Source: Holophagales bacterium (GTDB taxonomy: Bacteria > Acidobacteriota > Thermoanaerobaculia > Multivoradales > Multivoraceae). From it: 64,000 nt of DNA. The position numbers and the translations under genes are program-made. The notes beneath the pieces were generated by a model. It saw only the letters and a list, made by a program, of their open reading frames with translations. It did no database searches and was not told the origin of the DNA. Shown one piece after another: positions 38,101-46,280 of the stretch; positions within the stretch are counted from its first letter, which is position 1; every line of letters starts with the position of its first letter. The DNA is taken from contig VXSP01000015.1 in assembly GCA_009837885.1 (NCBI GenBank), positions 14,065-78,064 of the forward strand, in the 5' to 3' direction.

Positions 38101-38319
38101 GCTGTCGCCGCCGGCGCGCACGCCTTCCGCGTCGAGCAGGATCAGCCCGCCGCGGATCTTCGCGGGATCGCCGCCGTGACACTGGTAACAGCGCTCAGCC
38201 AGGACCGGCCGGATCTTCGACTCGAAGAACTCGAGGTCGGCGGGATCGATCTCCGACGCGCCGGCGACCGTTCCGACCGCCGCCAGCCAGGCTAGTAGGA
38301 AGGGCGCAGCGCGGATCAT
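35170..38319 (-). CDS. PSD1-type protein: Planctomycete cytochrome C (PSCyt1) plus DUF1549 and DUF1553 domains
   Basis: 1049 aa with a signal peptide. The haem site is CYQCHGG...GGLILLD...PGSPEDSLM (PSCyt1), and the DUF1553-type C-terminus ends ...AASEFIYIN. The C-terminal region contains an in-frame REP-derived insert (GRTLGGRTLGAPASSPASEG). Confidence 0.85.
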   Translation of the reverse strand: MIRAAPFLLAWLAAVGTVAGASEIDPADLEFFESKIRPVLAERCYQCHGGDPAKIRGGLILLDAEGVRAGGDSGAVIVPGSPEDSLMIEALHYEGLTQMPPDGKLAAHVIADFEQWIRRGAPDPRTGGEQTVVATRAAEAFDYGPGREHWAFRRVEDPALPEVENEAWVSRDLDRFILSRLEERGLAPVAPADKRTLLRRATFDLIGLAPSEAEIEDFLADESPDAFAKVVDRLLASPHYGERWGRHWLDVARYADSNGLDENIAFPNAFRYRDYVVDSLNRDKPFNRFVREQIAGDLMPAETDAQRFEQITATGFLMLGPKVLAEQDVDKMLIDIVDEQVNTLGRAFLALPVGCARCHDHKFDPIPTADYYAMAGILRSTETMSDAAGMRWLERPLAPEDEIAAYEAAQRLVAEAQEKVDGVVREQNDVLRGPRRAALAEYLLAAEEAYPSWSNDEAVRARASEGSSPHGDAGAAKPPSAGSLAIARVAGNRGLEPAVLERWVRAFYRYREGPPVEGDAPSPSTVFVIWNAYAAASPDRYEQVTEELRAIIASEKVLTAPLTRSLVRGPAPKTLEEVAWRYASLFATIEIAWEEHLMRLGLKDEDELSPSDFRLPREQEELRWLVYDGYFCILCLDQEEEEKLYPQEALEQLTELRAEVERLEEASPPAPPHAMAVDETAAVDLPVHIRGSHLNLADEPEPRGFLKVTDHLVPPPPVAGDTSGRLELARWITHPEHPLTARVIVNRVWHWHFGRGIVDTPSNFGVIGSKPTHPELLDWLTRRFVEGGWSLKKLHRDIMLSSTYRLSSDYDAANAAVDEENRLLWRNNRRRLEVEPIRDALLQLAGRLDLTIGGRVEEYNARGYVFGEYGPLDRVDIYDAPRRSIYMPIVRTAVYPIFGGFDFGDASDSVGDRSETVVPRQALLMMNSPFVQEAALGFAKQLLEIEDADAADRIDTAFVRAYGRPADDIEIADSLAFLDEMRSCASDTGCARGSGRTLGGRTLGAPASSPASEGNAPRSGDHASADAELYAWTRLSHVILAASEFIYIN
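35285..35340 (+). repeat. REP-like repeat with tandem duplication of its 3' arm, located in frame inside the PSD1 coding sequence
   Basis: GAAGCCGGCGAGGACGCCGGCGCACCCAGTGTGCGGCCACCCAGTGTGCGGCC. Translated on the minus strand within the PSD1 ORF it gives ...GRTLGGRTLGAPASSPAS... about 60 codons before the natural stop. Confidence 0.75.
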
Positions 38320-38370
38320 TGAGGACTCAGGATTGAACGGCGCAGTCTACCAAGCAGCCGGTCCCTGCTG

Positions 38371-38440
38371 GGTGCCGCTGCGGGATCTCGAGGCTCCACA
38401 CTGGGTGCGCCGGCGTCCCCGCCGGCTGCCGCCGGAGGCG
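38371..38440 (-). repeat. REP-like repeat (reverse orientation, with a partial second copy)
   Basis: CACACTGGGTGCGCCGGCGTCCCCGCCGGCTGCCGCCGG is the reverse complement of the core, and it is preceded by the degenerate half-copy CTGGGTGCCGCTG. It lies between the sulfatase stop (38488) and the PSD1 start (38319). Confidence 0.75.
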
Positions 38441-38487
38441 GCTTTGAAACGCGCCGGCCGTCAGGCCGGCTCCGCTTCGCGCCGCCC

Positions 38488-40311
38488 CTACTTTCTCCGC
38501 ACGTACACGTAGTAGGCGCTCGCGATGACTTCCCGCCCTTCTTCGAACCAGGTGTGCAGGGCCATGGGACCCTCGGGCAGTGTCACCGTGAAGGTGGCCT
38601 CCCTGTCGTCGCTGTCCACTCGCGTCGTCAGCCCCTCGAAGCCGTAGGGCCTCTTGTCGCCGATGTCGAGGTGATGGTGGTCGCTGATGAACAGGCGTGC
38701 CGAGGAAATCGGCAACGCCGTGCTGCCCTCGGGCGCCGATGCGAGCGGTACGTCGATTTCCCTGGGCCAGCGCCGCAGTGCGAACTCGTACTCGCCCGCT
38801 TCGGCCACGTCGAGCAGCCAGTACCCGGTCTTCCGGGTGCCGCGCCGAACCTGCGCCTGCTGATCGACGAAGACGTCGAGCCACTCGCAGCCGGTCAGCA
38901 TCATGGGGTTCTCGATGTCGTCGCCGATGACGATCCGCTGGGGCTCGTTGGCGGTCGCGGCCACTTCGTCCCACCACTCGTAGAGGTGGTCCCGCATCCT
39001 GGCGACCACTTCAGGGTGCCGGTCGATCACGTTCGTGGTCTGCAACGGATCGGATGCCAGGTCGTAGAGCTCGCGGTCTTCGAGCAGGCGCCAGTGCTTC
39101 CACAGGACCCCCGCGTGACTCCGGGTGAGGATCGACTGGGTGTAGGGCGAGGGGTAATTGAAGCCGGACGGCATCCGGCTGTAGTTGATGATCAGCATGC
39201 GGTCCTCGGGAACGCCGGCGTCGCCGCGCAGCACGGGCGCCAGACTCATGCCGTTGAAGTTCGCGGCTGCCGGCGTTTCGATGCCGGAGAGGTCCAGAAG
39301 CGTCGGCAGGACATCCTGAACCTGTGTCAGGCCCGTCACGTCCTGCGGGTCGGCCAGGTCGCCGTTCGGCCAACTGATGAAGAACGGCACGCGATGGCCG
39401 CCCTCCCACAACTCGGTCTTCATGCCGCGCATGCCGGCGTTGAAGTAGAGCGGGCCGTGGGTGCTGCCGTTGTCGGTCATGAAGATCACGATCGTGTTCT
39501 CCCGGAGCCCTTCCTCCTCGAGGAACTCGGCGAGCTTGCCCATGTTTGTGTCGATGTTGCGGACCATCCCCAGGTACCTGCTCAGCCTGGTCTTCAGCGC
39601 CGTGCTCATGTCGGCGAACTCGGGCCGGGCCAGCGCGGCCGCCAGCGCAGCTTCGTCCTCCTCCTTGGCGATCAGCGGACCGTGCGGCGTGTTCGGAGCG
39701 ATGTAGGTCAGGAAGGGCGTTCCGGACGCCACGGAACGCTTCATGAACTCGATTGCTTCGTCGAAGAAGACGTCGGTGCAGTACCCCTTGAACGCCTCCC
39801 GTTTGCCATTGCGAATGTAGGTGTCGTCGAAGTAGTCGTTGCCCCAGAAGTCGGGTACCGAGCCGATGTGGGAGGAGGGGAACCACACCGTTTCGTGGAA
39901 GCCGCGGTCCTCCGGCCGGAAGGGGTAGTTGTCGCCGAGGTGCCACTTGCCGAACACCCCGGTTCGGTAGCCGGCCTCCGCGAAGATGTCGGCCATCGTC
40001 GGGATCTCGGGCCGCAGCAGGGCGCGACCGCTGCTGACGTTGATCGCGCCATTCCGCGCGGCGTCCATGCCGGTCAGCAGTTGTCCGCGGGTTGGCGTGC
40101 ACATCGGCGCCACGTGAAAGTCGTCCAGGCGCACGCTCTCGCTTCGCAGGCGGTCGAGATGCGGTGTCTCGAGCACAGGGTTGCCGTGGGCGGACAGTTC
40201 GCCGTATCCCTGATCGTCCGTCATCACGAGGACGACGTTCGGCGGCTGGGCGAACGCGGCCGCGGTGAGCGCGAACAGCAGAACACCGGCAAGAGACGTT
40301 GCTAGCCTCAC
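38488..40311 (-). CDS. Sulfatase (N-acetylgalactosamine-6-sulfatase/arylsulfatase-like), secreted
   Basis: 607 aa with a signal peptide. The signature is PMCTPTRGQLLTGMDAARNG (C-x-P-x-R), with NVVLVMTDDQGYGEL. Confidence 0.9.
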   Translation of the reverse strand: MRLATSLAGVLLFALTAAAFAQPPNVVLVMTDDQGYGELSAHGNPVLETPHLDRLRSESVRLDDFHVAPMCTPTRGQLLTGMDAARNGAINVSSGRALLRPEIPTMADIFAEAGYRTGVFGKWHLGDNYPFRPEDRGFHETVWFPSSHIGSVPDFWGNDYFDDTYIRNGKREAFKGYCTDVFFDEAIEFMKRSVASGTPFLTYIAPNTPHGPLIAKEEDEAALAAALARPEFADMSTALKTRLSRYLGMVRNIDTNMGKLAEFLEEEGLRENTIVIFMTDNGSTHGPLYFNAGMRGMKTELWEGGHRVPFFISWPNGDLADPQDVTGLTQVQDVLPTLLDLSGIETPAAANFNGMSLAPVLRGDAGVPEDRMLIINYSRMPSGFNYPSPYTQSILTRSHAGVLWKHWRLLEDRELYDLASDPLQTTNVIDRHPEVVARMRDHLYEWWDEVAATANEPQRIVIGDDIENPMMLTGCEWLDVFVDQQAQVRRGTRKTGYWLLDVAEAGEYEFALRRWPREIDVPLASAPEGSTALPISSARLFISDHHHLDIGDKRPYGFEGLTTRVDSDDREATFTVTLPEGPMALHTWFEEGREVIASAYYVYVRRK

Positions 40312-40394
40312 GATCGAGTCTCCATGGTGGGTGCTTCAAATGGCGAGTGTCGGCACCGCAGCGTAGCGGAGACGTTCGCGGACGCGGTGGCGGC

Positions 40395-41177
40395 GTGACC
40401 TCGTTCCGCGACCGGTACGGGGGCTGGGCACTGGTCGCCGGCGCCTCTGAGGGTCTGGGCGCCTCGTTCGCGGAGTGCCTCGCCGAGCGCGGCGTCGACC
40501 TCGTGCTGATCGCCCGGCGTGAGTCGTTGCTCGAGGATCTGGCGGACAGGCTTCGCGAGCGGTACGGCGTCGAGGTGCGGCCGCTGGCGATGGACCTTGC
40601 CAGCCCGGGCCTCGCCGACGCTCTCGCTGCTGCCACTGAGGACCTCGACTTGGGTGTGCTCGTCTACAACGCCGCCTTCGTGCCGGTTGGGCGCTTCGTC
40701 GAGGCCGACGTCGACGCGCTAGAGCGCGCGGTCGACGTCAACGTCCGCGCGCCGGTCGTCATGCTGCACACGCTCCTGCCGGGTCTCGAGCGGCGCGGCC
40801 GTGGCGCGGTGATCCTGATGTCCTCACTGGTGGGCCTGCAGGGGACGCCGCGAGTTGCGGCCTACGCCGCCACCAAGGCCTTCAACACCGTCCTCGGCGA
40901 GGGCCTGTGGCAGGAGCTCCGCGAGAGCGGCATCGATGTGGTTGCCTGCTGCGCCGGCGCGATTCCCACGCCGGGCTACGAGCGCTCGGGCAAGGGCCGG
41001 GTGCCGGGCATGCTCGACCCCGACGCGGTGGCGCGGCGAACGCTCGACGCGCTGGGCAAGGGTCCGCGGTTTGTGCCTGGACTCGTCAACCGGTTGGTCG
41101 CCGTGCTGCTTACGCGTCTCCTCCCGCGCAAGGCGGCGATCCGGCTGATGGCGGGCAACACCGGCGATATCGGCTGA
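40395..41177 (+). CDS. Short-chain dehydrogenase/reductase (SDR) family oxidoreductase
   Basis: The start is inferred at the GTG at codon 33 of the tracked ORF, which avoids overlap with the divergent sulfatase. The Rossmann motif is ALVAGASEGLGAS, with the NAA block and catalytic YAATKAF (YxxxK). Confidence 0.75.
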   Translation: MTSFRDRYGGWALVAGASEGLGASFAECLAERGVDLVLIARRESLLEDLADRLRERYGVEVRPLAMDLASPGLADALAAATEDLDLGVLVYNAAFVPVGRFVEADVDALERAVDVNVRAPVVMLHTLLPGLERRGRGAVILMSSLVGLQGTPRVAAYAATKAFNTVLGEGLWQELRESGIDVVACCAGAIPTPGYERSGKGRVPGMLDPDAVARRTLDALGKGPRFVPGLVNRLVAVLLTRLLPRKAAIRLMAGNTGDIG

Positions 41178-41186
41178 AGAGCGGCT

Positions 41187-41588
41187 CTAAGCGAGGATCG
41201 CCACGCCTTCGGCGGCGGCCGCTTCGGTCAAGCGGCGGTCCAGACTCGCCAGAGCGCAGCCTTCGCGAATCGCCAAGGCCAGGTAGCTGGCGTCGTAGGC
41301 GGTCAGGCGGTGTTCGCGCGCCAGCGTCATGACGTGTCGATCGTCCGTTTCAGCGGCGCAGCGGATACGGAGCCTGCGCAGCCGCGACATGGAGGCGTCG
41401 GCGTGGCGGCCGTCGATGCGGCCTCGACGTTCGGCCGACAGCAGGAGATTCCGCAGTTCGTGCCAGAACACGTCCGGGACGGTCGCGTCCTCGACGCCCA
41501 GCCGATCCAGGGCGAGGTCTGCGAGCGCTGCGTCTTCGTCCGGCAGCACCCACGTGGCCGCGACCGAGGCGTCAGGCACGAACGCCAT
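41187..41588 (-). CDS. vapC: VapC-like PIN-domain toxin
   Basis: 133 aa from the ATG at M222 of the tracked ORF; the start overlaps the phd-like stop (ATGA). The PIN pattern is FVPDASV...D...TAYDASYLALA. Confidence 0.7.
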   Translation of the reverse strand: MAFVPDASVAATWVLPDEDAALADLALDRLGVEDATVPDVFWHELRNLLLSAERRGRIDGRHADASMSRLRRLRIRCAAETDDRHVMTLAREHRLTAYDASYLALAIREGCALASLDRRLTEAAAAEGVAILA

Positions 41589-41830
41589 CAGCGTTCGTGC
41601 CCCTCGTGCCGCCAGGACAGGATTTCCGAGGTCGTCACGCTCTGCTGCTTGGCACGTTCCCGCCGCATCGTCGCGCACAGCGCGGCGTGTTCCTCGCCGT
41701 CGACGTGGGGGGTCACACGGGCGATCGGCTTCGACCCGCGGCAGATGACCACGTCCTCGCCCGCCTCCACCTTCACCAGCAGTGCCGAAAGGTGTGTCTT
41801 GGCCTCGCCGATCTTCACGTAGCGTGTCAT
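41588..41830 (-). CDS. Phd/YefM-family antitoxin
   Basis: 80 aa from M29 of the tracked ORF, with an RBS AGGAGA. MTRYVKIGEAKTHLSALLVKVEAGEDVVICRGSKPIARV is the Phd/YefM fold signature. Confidence 0.75.
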   Translation of the reverse strand: MTRYVKIGEAKTHLSALLVKVEAGEDVVICRGSKPIARVTPHVDGEEHAALCATMRRERAKQQSVTTSEILSWRHEGHER

Positions 41831-42021
41831 CGTCTCCTGGCTCCCTGGGCGATCCCGGTTCCCGATCAGGTTCGACGCGCTTGAACTGTAGGCTCGGAGA
41901 CCCGACTTGGTCAAGTGCTTGGTTCGGTCTGGGTCCCGACGGTCGGGAGAACGAGGGGGCGGAGTCAGTTCTGCCCGGAGGCCCAGCGCTTCCTTCGCTG
42001 GGGGCGATACGATGACGCTCC

Positions 42022-44064
42022 ATGATGCACAACCTGACGCGGCTCTTCTTCCTGGCTGCCGCGCTGCTCGCCGCTGCCGGGAATGCCTCCGACAAGCGGC
42101 CGATCACGATCGTCGAGCTGATCGACGTGCCCGGCATTGGCAGTCCGCGCATCTCCCCGGACGGCGCCCAGCTCCTGTACACCCGCAGCGACACGGACTG
42201 GAAGAAGAACGGCCGCACGACCCACATCCACCGGATCGGGATGGATGGCACGGGCGACGTCCGCTTGACGTACGGCGAGAAGGGGGAGTCGAGCCCGCGC
42301 TGGTCTCCGGACGGGACCTACGTGGCCTTTCTCGCGACCCGCGGCGAAGACGAGTTCTCCCAGATCTACTTGCTGCCGAACGGGGGCGGGGAAGCCTCGC
42401 CGCTGACCAGCCACGAGAGTTCGGTTCAGAGCTATGAGTTCTCGCCGGACGGCGAGCACATCTTCTTCGTTGCGGCCGATCCGAAGACTCCCGAGGAGAA
42501 GAAGAAGGACGAACTGAAGGACGACGTCTTCGCCTTCGACGAGGACTACAAGCAGCGTCACCTCTTCCGGGTCGCCTGGACCGGGGACGACCGGGGCAGC
42601 GTCGAGCGGATCACCGACGGCGACTTCTCGGTCGTCGGCTTTCGGATCTCTGCGGACGGGGCGCGCATCGCCCATCACCGGGCGCCCACGCCGCTCTTCG
42701 ACAACCGGGACGAGGGCGAGGTCTGGATCATGGACGCGGACGGCGGGAACGCCTTGCAGCTCACGGACAACACGGTGAGCGAGTCGGGAGCCGAGCTGTC
42801 CCCCGATGGGCGGCACGTCATGTTCCTGACCAACTCCAGCGCCGACCTGGAGACCTACTTCAACACGAACGTCTTCGTCGTCCCCGCCAGCGGCGGCCCG
42901 CATCGTCTGCTCTACGAGGAGATGCCCCACGAGGTCAACGGCGCCCGCTGGGCCGAGGACGGCACCATCTACTTCACCGCGAACACGGGGGTGCGAAGCC
43001 AGCTCTTCCATGCCGCTCTGGACGATTCGGCGCCGAGGGCGCTGACCGACGGGGACCACGCGCTGGGCTCCTGGAGTTTCTCGCGGGGTGCGGGCCTGCA
43101 TGCCTTCGGCATCAACCGCCGCGAGAACGCCGGCGACATCCACGTGATGCCTGCCGAGGGCGGGACTCCGACCAAGGTGACGTCGGTCTACGACTACCTC
43201 GACGAGACCTTCCTGCTACCTCGCCAGCAGACGATCCGCTGGCCGGGGGAGGACGGCGTCGAGGTGGAGGGTCTCCTCTACTACCCGCTCGACTACGAGG
43301 AGGGAAACCGGTACCCCCTGGTCGTCCAGACGCACGGCGGACCCGCGGCCTCGGACAAGTTCGGGTTCGGCCGCTGGTCCAACTATGTCCAGGTACTGGC
43401 CGCCCGGGGCTACTTCGTCTTCAAGCCGAACTACCGGGGGAGCACCGGCTACGGGGACCCGTTTCTGCGCGACATGGTCGGCCACTACTTCCACCAGGCG
43501 CACCTGGACGTGATGACCGGGGTCGACCACCTGATCGAGCTCGGACTCGTCGACGGCGACCGCATGGCCAAGATGGGCTGGAGCGGCGGCGGTCACATGA
43601 CGAACAAGATCATCACCCACACCGACCGCTTCAAGGCGGCGTCGTCGGGCGCCGGCGCGGTGAACTGGATCTCGATGTACGGCCAGAGCGACGTACGGAC
43701 CTATCGCACTCCCTGGTTCGGGGGCACGCCGTGGCAGGAGGACGCTCCGATCGGGGTGTACTGGGAGAACTCGCCGCTCAAGGACGTCTACAAGGTGACC
43801 ACGCCGACGCTCGTCCTGGTCGGTGAGAACGACGTGCGCGTGCCGCCGCCCCAGTCGGTGGAGCTGTATCGGGCGCTGAAGACGAACGGAGTGGAGACCC
43901 ACCTCTACATCGCTCCGCGTGAGCCCCACGGCTGGCGGGAGCTCCGCCACGAGCTGTTCAAGGTGAACGTGGAGATCGACTGGTTCGAGCGCCACGTTCG
44001 GGGGATCGAGTACGAATGGGAGACGGCTCCCGGGTCGAAAGGCGACGAAGACCCGGAAGCATGA
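42022..44064 (+). CDS. S9-family serine peptidase (prolyl oligopeptidase/acylaminoacyl-peptidase-like) with an N-terminal beta-propeller
   Basis: 680 aa with a signal peptide. The TolB-like propeller repeats are SPRISPDG...SPRWSPDG...SPDG. The catalytic serine sits in GWSGGGHM, with later Asp and His (PHGW). Confidence 0.85.
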   Translation: MMHNLTRLFFLAAALLAAAGNASDKRPITIVELIDVPGIGSPRISPDGAQLLYTRSDTDWKKNGRTTHIHRIGMDGTGDVRLTYGEKGESSPRWSPDGTYVAFLATRGEDEFSQIYLLPNGGGEASPLTSHESSVQSYEFSPDGEHIFFVAADPKTPEEKKKDELKDDVFAFDEDYKQRHLFRVAWTGDDRGSVERITDGDFSVVGFRISADGARIAHHRAPTPLFDNRDEGEVWIMDADGGNALQLTDNTVSESGAELSPDGRHVMFLTNSSADLETYFNTNVFVVPASGGPHRLLYEEMPHEVNGARWAEDGTIYFTANTGVRSQLFHAALDDSAPRALTDGDHALGSWSFSRGAGLHAFGINRRENAGDIHVMPAEGGTPTKVTSVYDYLDETFLLPRQQTIRWPGEDGVEVEGLLYYPLDYEEGNRYPLVVQTHGGPAASDKFGFGRWSNYVQVLAARGYFVFKPNYRGSTGYGDPFLRDMVGHYFHQAHLDVMTGVDHLIELGLVDGDRMAKMGWSGGGHMTNKIITHTDRFKAASSGAGAVNWISMYGQSDVRTYRTPWFGGTPWQEDAPIGVYWENSPLKDVYKVTTPTLVLVGENDVRVPPPQSVELYRALKTNGVETHLYIAPREPHGWRELRHELFKVNVEIDWFERHVRGIEYEWETAPGSKGDEDPEA

Positions 44065-44747
44065 AGGGTCCGAAGATCCCGGTCGCGGCCTTCGTCGTCA
44101 TCGTCGTCGCTCTCCAGACAGCGGCCTGGAACGTGGCGAGCCACCGGCTGCACGGCGGCGTCGATCCGACCTACTTCGTGCTCAGCCTGTTCCTGTCGAT
44201 CAACCTGTTGATCTGCTACTGGGAGGCCTGCCTGTACCTGCGGCGCGACTACATCGCGCAGCGGGCGGAGTACTGGCGCGAACGCGGCGCGGAGACCGGC
44301 CGGCCGCCAGCCATCCTGTTCCTGTTCTCGGGGATCCCGCTCACGGGCATCCTTTCGCCGACGGCATGGGCGGACGTCTGGGCGGCCTACTCCGTGTACG
44401 ACGACGCCTATACGGACCGGCGGACCTTCGGCTTCAACTGCGACGTCGGCAACGGCTTCGCCACGCCGATCCCGTCGATGGTCCTGCTGCTGTCGATGAC
44501 CACGGGTTTCCTGCCGGCCGTGGTCGCGGGGATCCTCGGCGTCGCGCTGTTCTGGCAGTGGGTCTACGTCAGCTCGCTCTACATGGTGAGCTTCTACGTC
44601 TCGGGCGGGCACCGGGCAATCGGCCGGCTCGACCGGCTCGTGTGGGTGTGGGCGCCCAACACGATCTGGGTCGTCGTCCCGATGTTCGGGCTGTACGTGG
44701 CGGTGCGGCTGGTGCTGGACGGGACGTACGCCGTGTTGGGGCACTGA
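44061..44747 (+). CDS. Polytopic membrane protein of unknown function, translationally coupled to the S9 peptidase
   Basis: 228 aa from M16 of the tracked ORF. The ATG overlaps the peptidase stop (ATGA). There are 5-6 predicted TM helices and no recognised family. Confidence 0.5.
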   Translation: MKGPKIPVAAFVVIVVALQTAAWNVASHRLHGGVDPTYFVLSLFLSINLLICYWEACLYLRRDYIAQRAEYWRERGAETGRPPAILFLFSGIPLTGILSPTAWADVWAAYSVYDDAYTDRRTFGFNCDVGNGFATPIPSMVLLLSMTTGFLPAVVAGILGVALFWQWVYVSSLYMVSFYVSGGHRAIGRLDRLVWVWAPNTIWVVVPMFGLYVAVRLVLDGTYAVLGH

Positions 44748-44778
44748 GACCGGGCCGGGCGGACCAGGCAGAGGTCCA

Positions 44779-44843
44779 GAAGCCGGTGCTTCGCGCCGGA
44801 TGCCGGCGGGGACGCCGGCGCACCCAGTGTGGGATGCCGGCGG
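44779..44843 (+). repeat. REP-like double-hairpin repeat (full copy plus partial tandem reiteration)
   Basis: AGAAGCCGGTGCTTCGCGCCGGATGCCGGCGGGGACGCCGGCGCACCCAGTGTG followed by GGATGCCGGCGG. It lies between two convergent genes. Confidence 0.85.
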
Positions 44844-44858
44844 ACCTAGTGGCCGGAC

Positions 44859-46220
44859 TCAGCCGCTGGTTTCGGCAGCGGCCGCCTTGGCCGCTTCCCG
44901 CTGCTGGCGCCGGAACTCGCGAACCCGCTGCATCTGCTCCCTCAACTGCTCGGGCACGATGAAGGTGGGCATGTTCGTCTGCTGCGTCTTGTCGCTGAAC
45001 GTGTAGTGGATGAAGCCGACCATCATCTCGTCGGTCGTTGCCTCGCCCCAGGTCACGTTGGACGTCGGATCGGGGTTCGCCAGGTTGTCGGTTGAGTTGT
45101 CGAACTTCGCGTCGACGCGGATCGTCGTGCCGGCCGGGATCACTCTGGGCGCCGTCGGCGTGTAGGTGAGCTGCCAGTTGAAGTCGTAGTTCGGCACGTC
45201 GAGCAGGACTTCCTTGCGGCCGTCCGGGTACTCGGCCGTGAACGTCATCGACTTGCCCCGCAGGTGCATGTGGGGCGTGAAGTCGAAGAGCACCGCCTCG
45301 TGTTCGGTGGTGTACGACGACCAGGAGTGGTAGTCGCTCTCGCCCGCCGGGATGTTGAGCGTCGGATCGACCAGCCACAGCGTCTCCACCACGTTCTCGG
45401 GCTTCTCGTCGTGGAAGTAGAGGCCCATCGTCGTCTGGTCGGTGCCGCCGGTGCCCGGGCCCGGGGTCTTGTGGTAGTGCATCTGGAAGAACAGCGTGCT
45501 GTTCGGCGGCATGCGCATTCCGTGCCCTTCCGCGAACTGGAGCGGCGCGACGCCCGGACCCCAACCGCCGACGAAGGTGAGGTCCAGGGTTCCGGTCGTG
45601 CTCCGCACGCCCGCGATGGTGGCGTCGGGCGGCGCCAGGTAGGTCAACTGGTGATGTACCGCTTCGACGAATCCTGGGTGGATCTCGATCGCCCGGATCC
45701 AGCGCTCTTCGTCGACCGGGTTGTCCACCTGGAGCCACTCGTAGTGATCCTCGATGTCGTCTGAGACGTGGAACTCCGGCGCGGTGTAGATGACGTCCGG
45801 CTCACCCAGCTTCCAGTGGGAATCGAACGTGGGCGGCTCCGGCGCCTGCGAGAGGTCGCCGGCCGGTGCGCCTGCGGCGACCCAGTTGTTCAGCGTCTCG
45901 ATCTCGGCGTCGGTGAGGCTCGGGTCCTCCACGAACTCGCCGTGCTCCGGATTGGCGAACCACGGCGGCATGGTGCGGTCGCTCACCGCCCGGCGGATCG
46001 ACCTCGCCCAGGGGCGCGTCTCGTCGTAGGTCAGGAGCGACATCGGCGCGGTCTGTCCCGGCCGATGACAACTCGCGCAGTTCTCGTGGAGGATGGGCGC
46101 GATGTGATCCGCCCAGGTCACCTCGGCGGGATCGGCTGCGTTGTTGGCTGGCGGCGCCGCGACGGCGGCACCGGCGAGGAGCGCGAGACCGAGGACGAGG
46201 AAGGGAAGGCGGGACTTCAT
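44859..46220 (-). CDS. Secreted c-type cytochrome fused to a copper monooxygenase-like domain (paralog of 1584-3164)
   Basis: 453 aa from M59 of the tracked ORF, with an RBS AGGAGA. Signal peptide MKSRLPFLVLGLALLAGAAVA. CASCH haem motif, then ...MPPW; copper ligands HH (VHHQL), HMHLRGKSMT and NYDFNWQ. Confidence 0.65.
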   Translation of the reverse strand: MKSRLPFLVLGLALLAGAAVAAPPANNAADPAEVTWADHIAPILHENCASCHRPGQTAPMSLLTYDETRPWARSIRRAVSDRTMPPWFANPEHGEFVEDPSLTDAEIETLNNWVAAGAPAGDLSQAPEPPTFDSHWKLGEPDVIYTAPEFHVSDDIEDHYEWLQVDNPVDEERWIRAIEIHPGFVEAVHHQLTYLAPPDATIAGVRSTTGTLDLTFVGGWGPGVAPLQFAEGHGMRMPPNSTLFFQMHYHKTPGPGTGGTDQTTMGLYFHDEKPENVVETLWLVDPTLNIPAGESDYHSWSSYTTEHEAVLFDFTPHMHLRGKSMTFTAEYPDGRKEVLLDVPNYDFNWQLTYTPTAPRVIPAGTTIRVDAKFDNSTDNLANPDPTSNVTWGEATTDEMMVGFIHYTFSDKTQQTNMPTFIVPEQLREQMQRVREFRRQQREAAKAAAAETSG

Positions 46221-46280
46221 GGGGTTCTCCTTGGGCGGGTAGGACGCCTTGGTTGGGGCGAGTCTAGCGGCAGAGCGACC

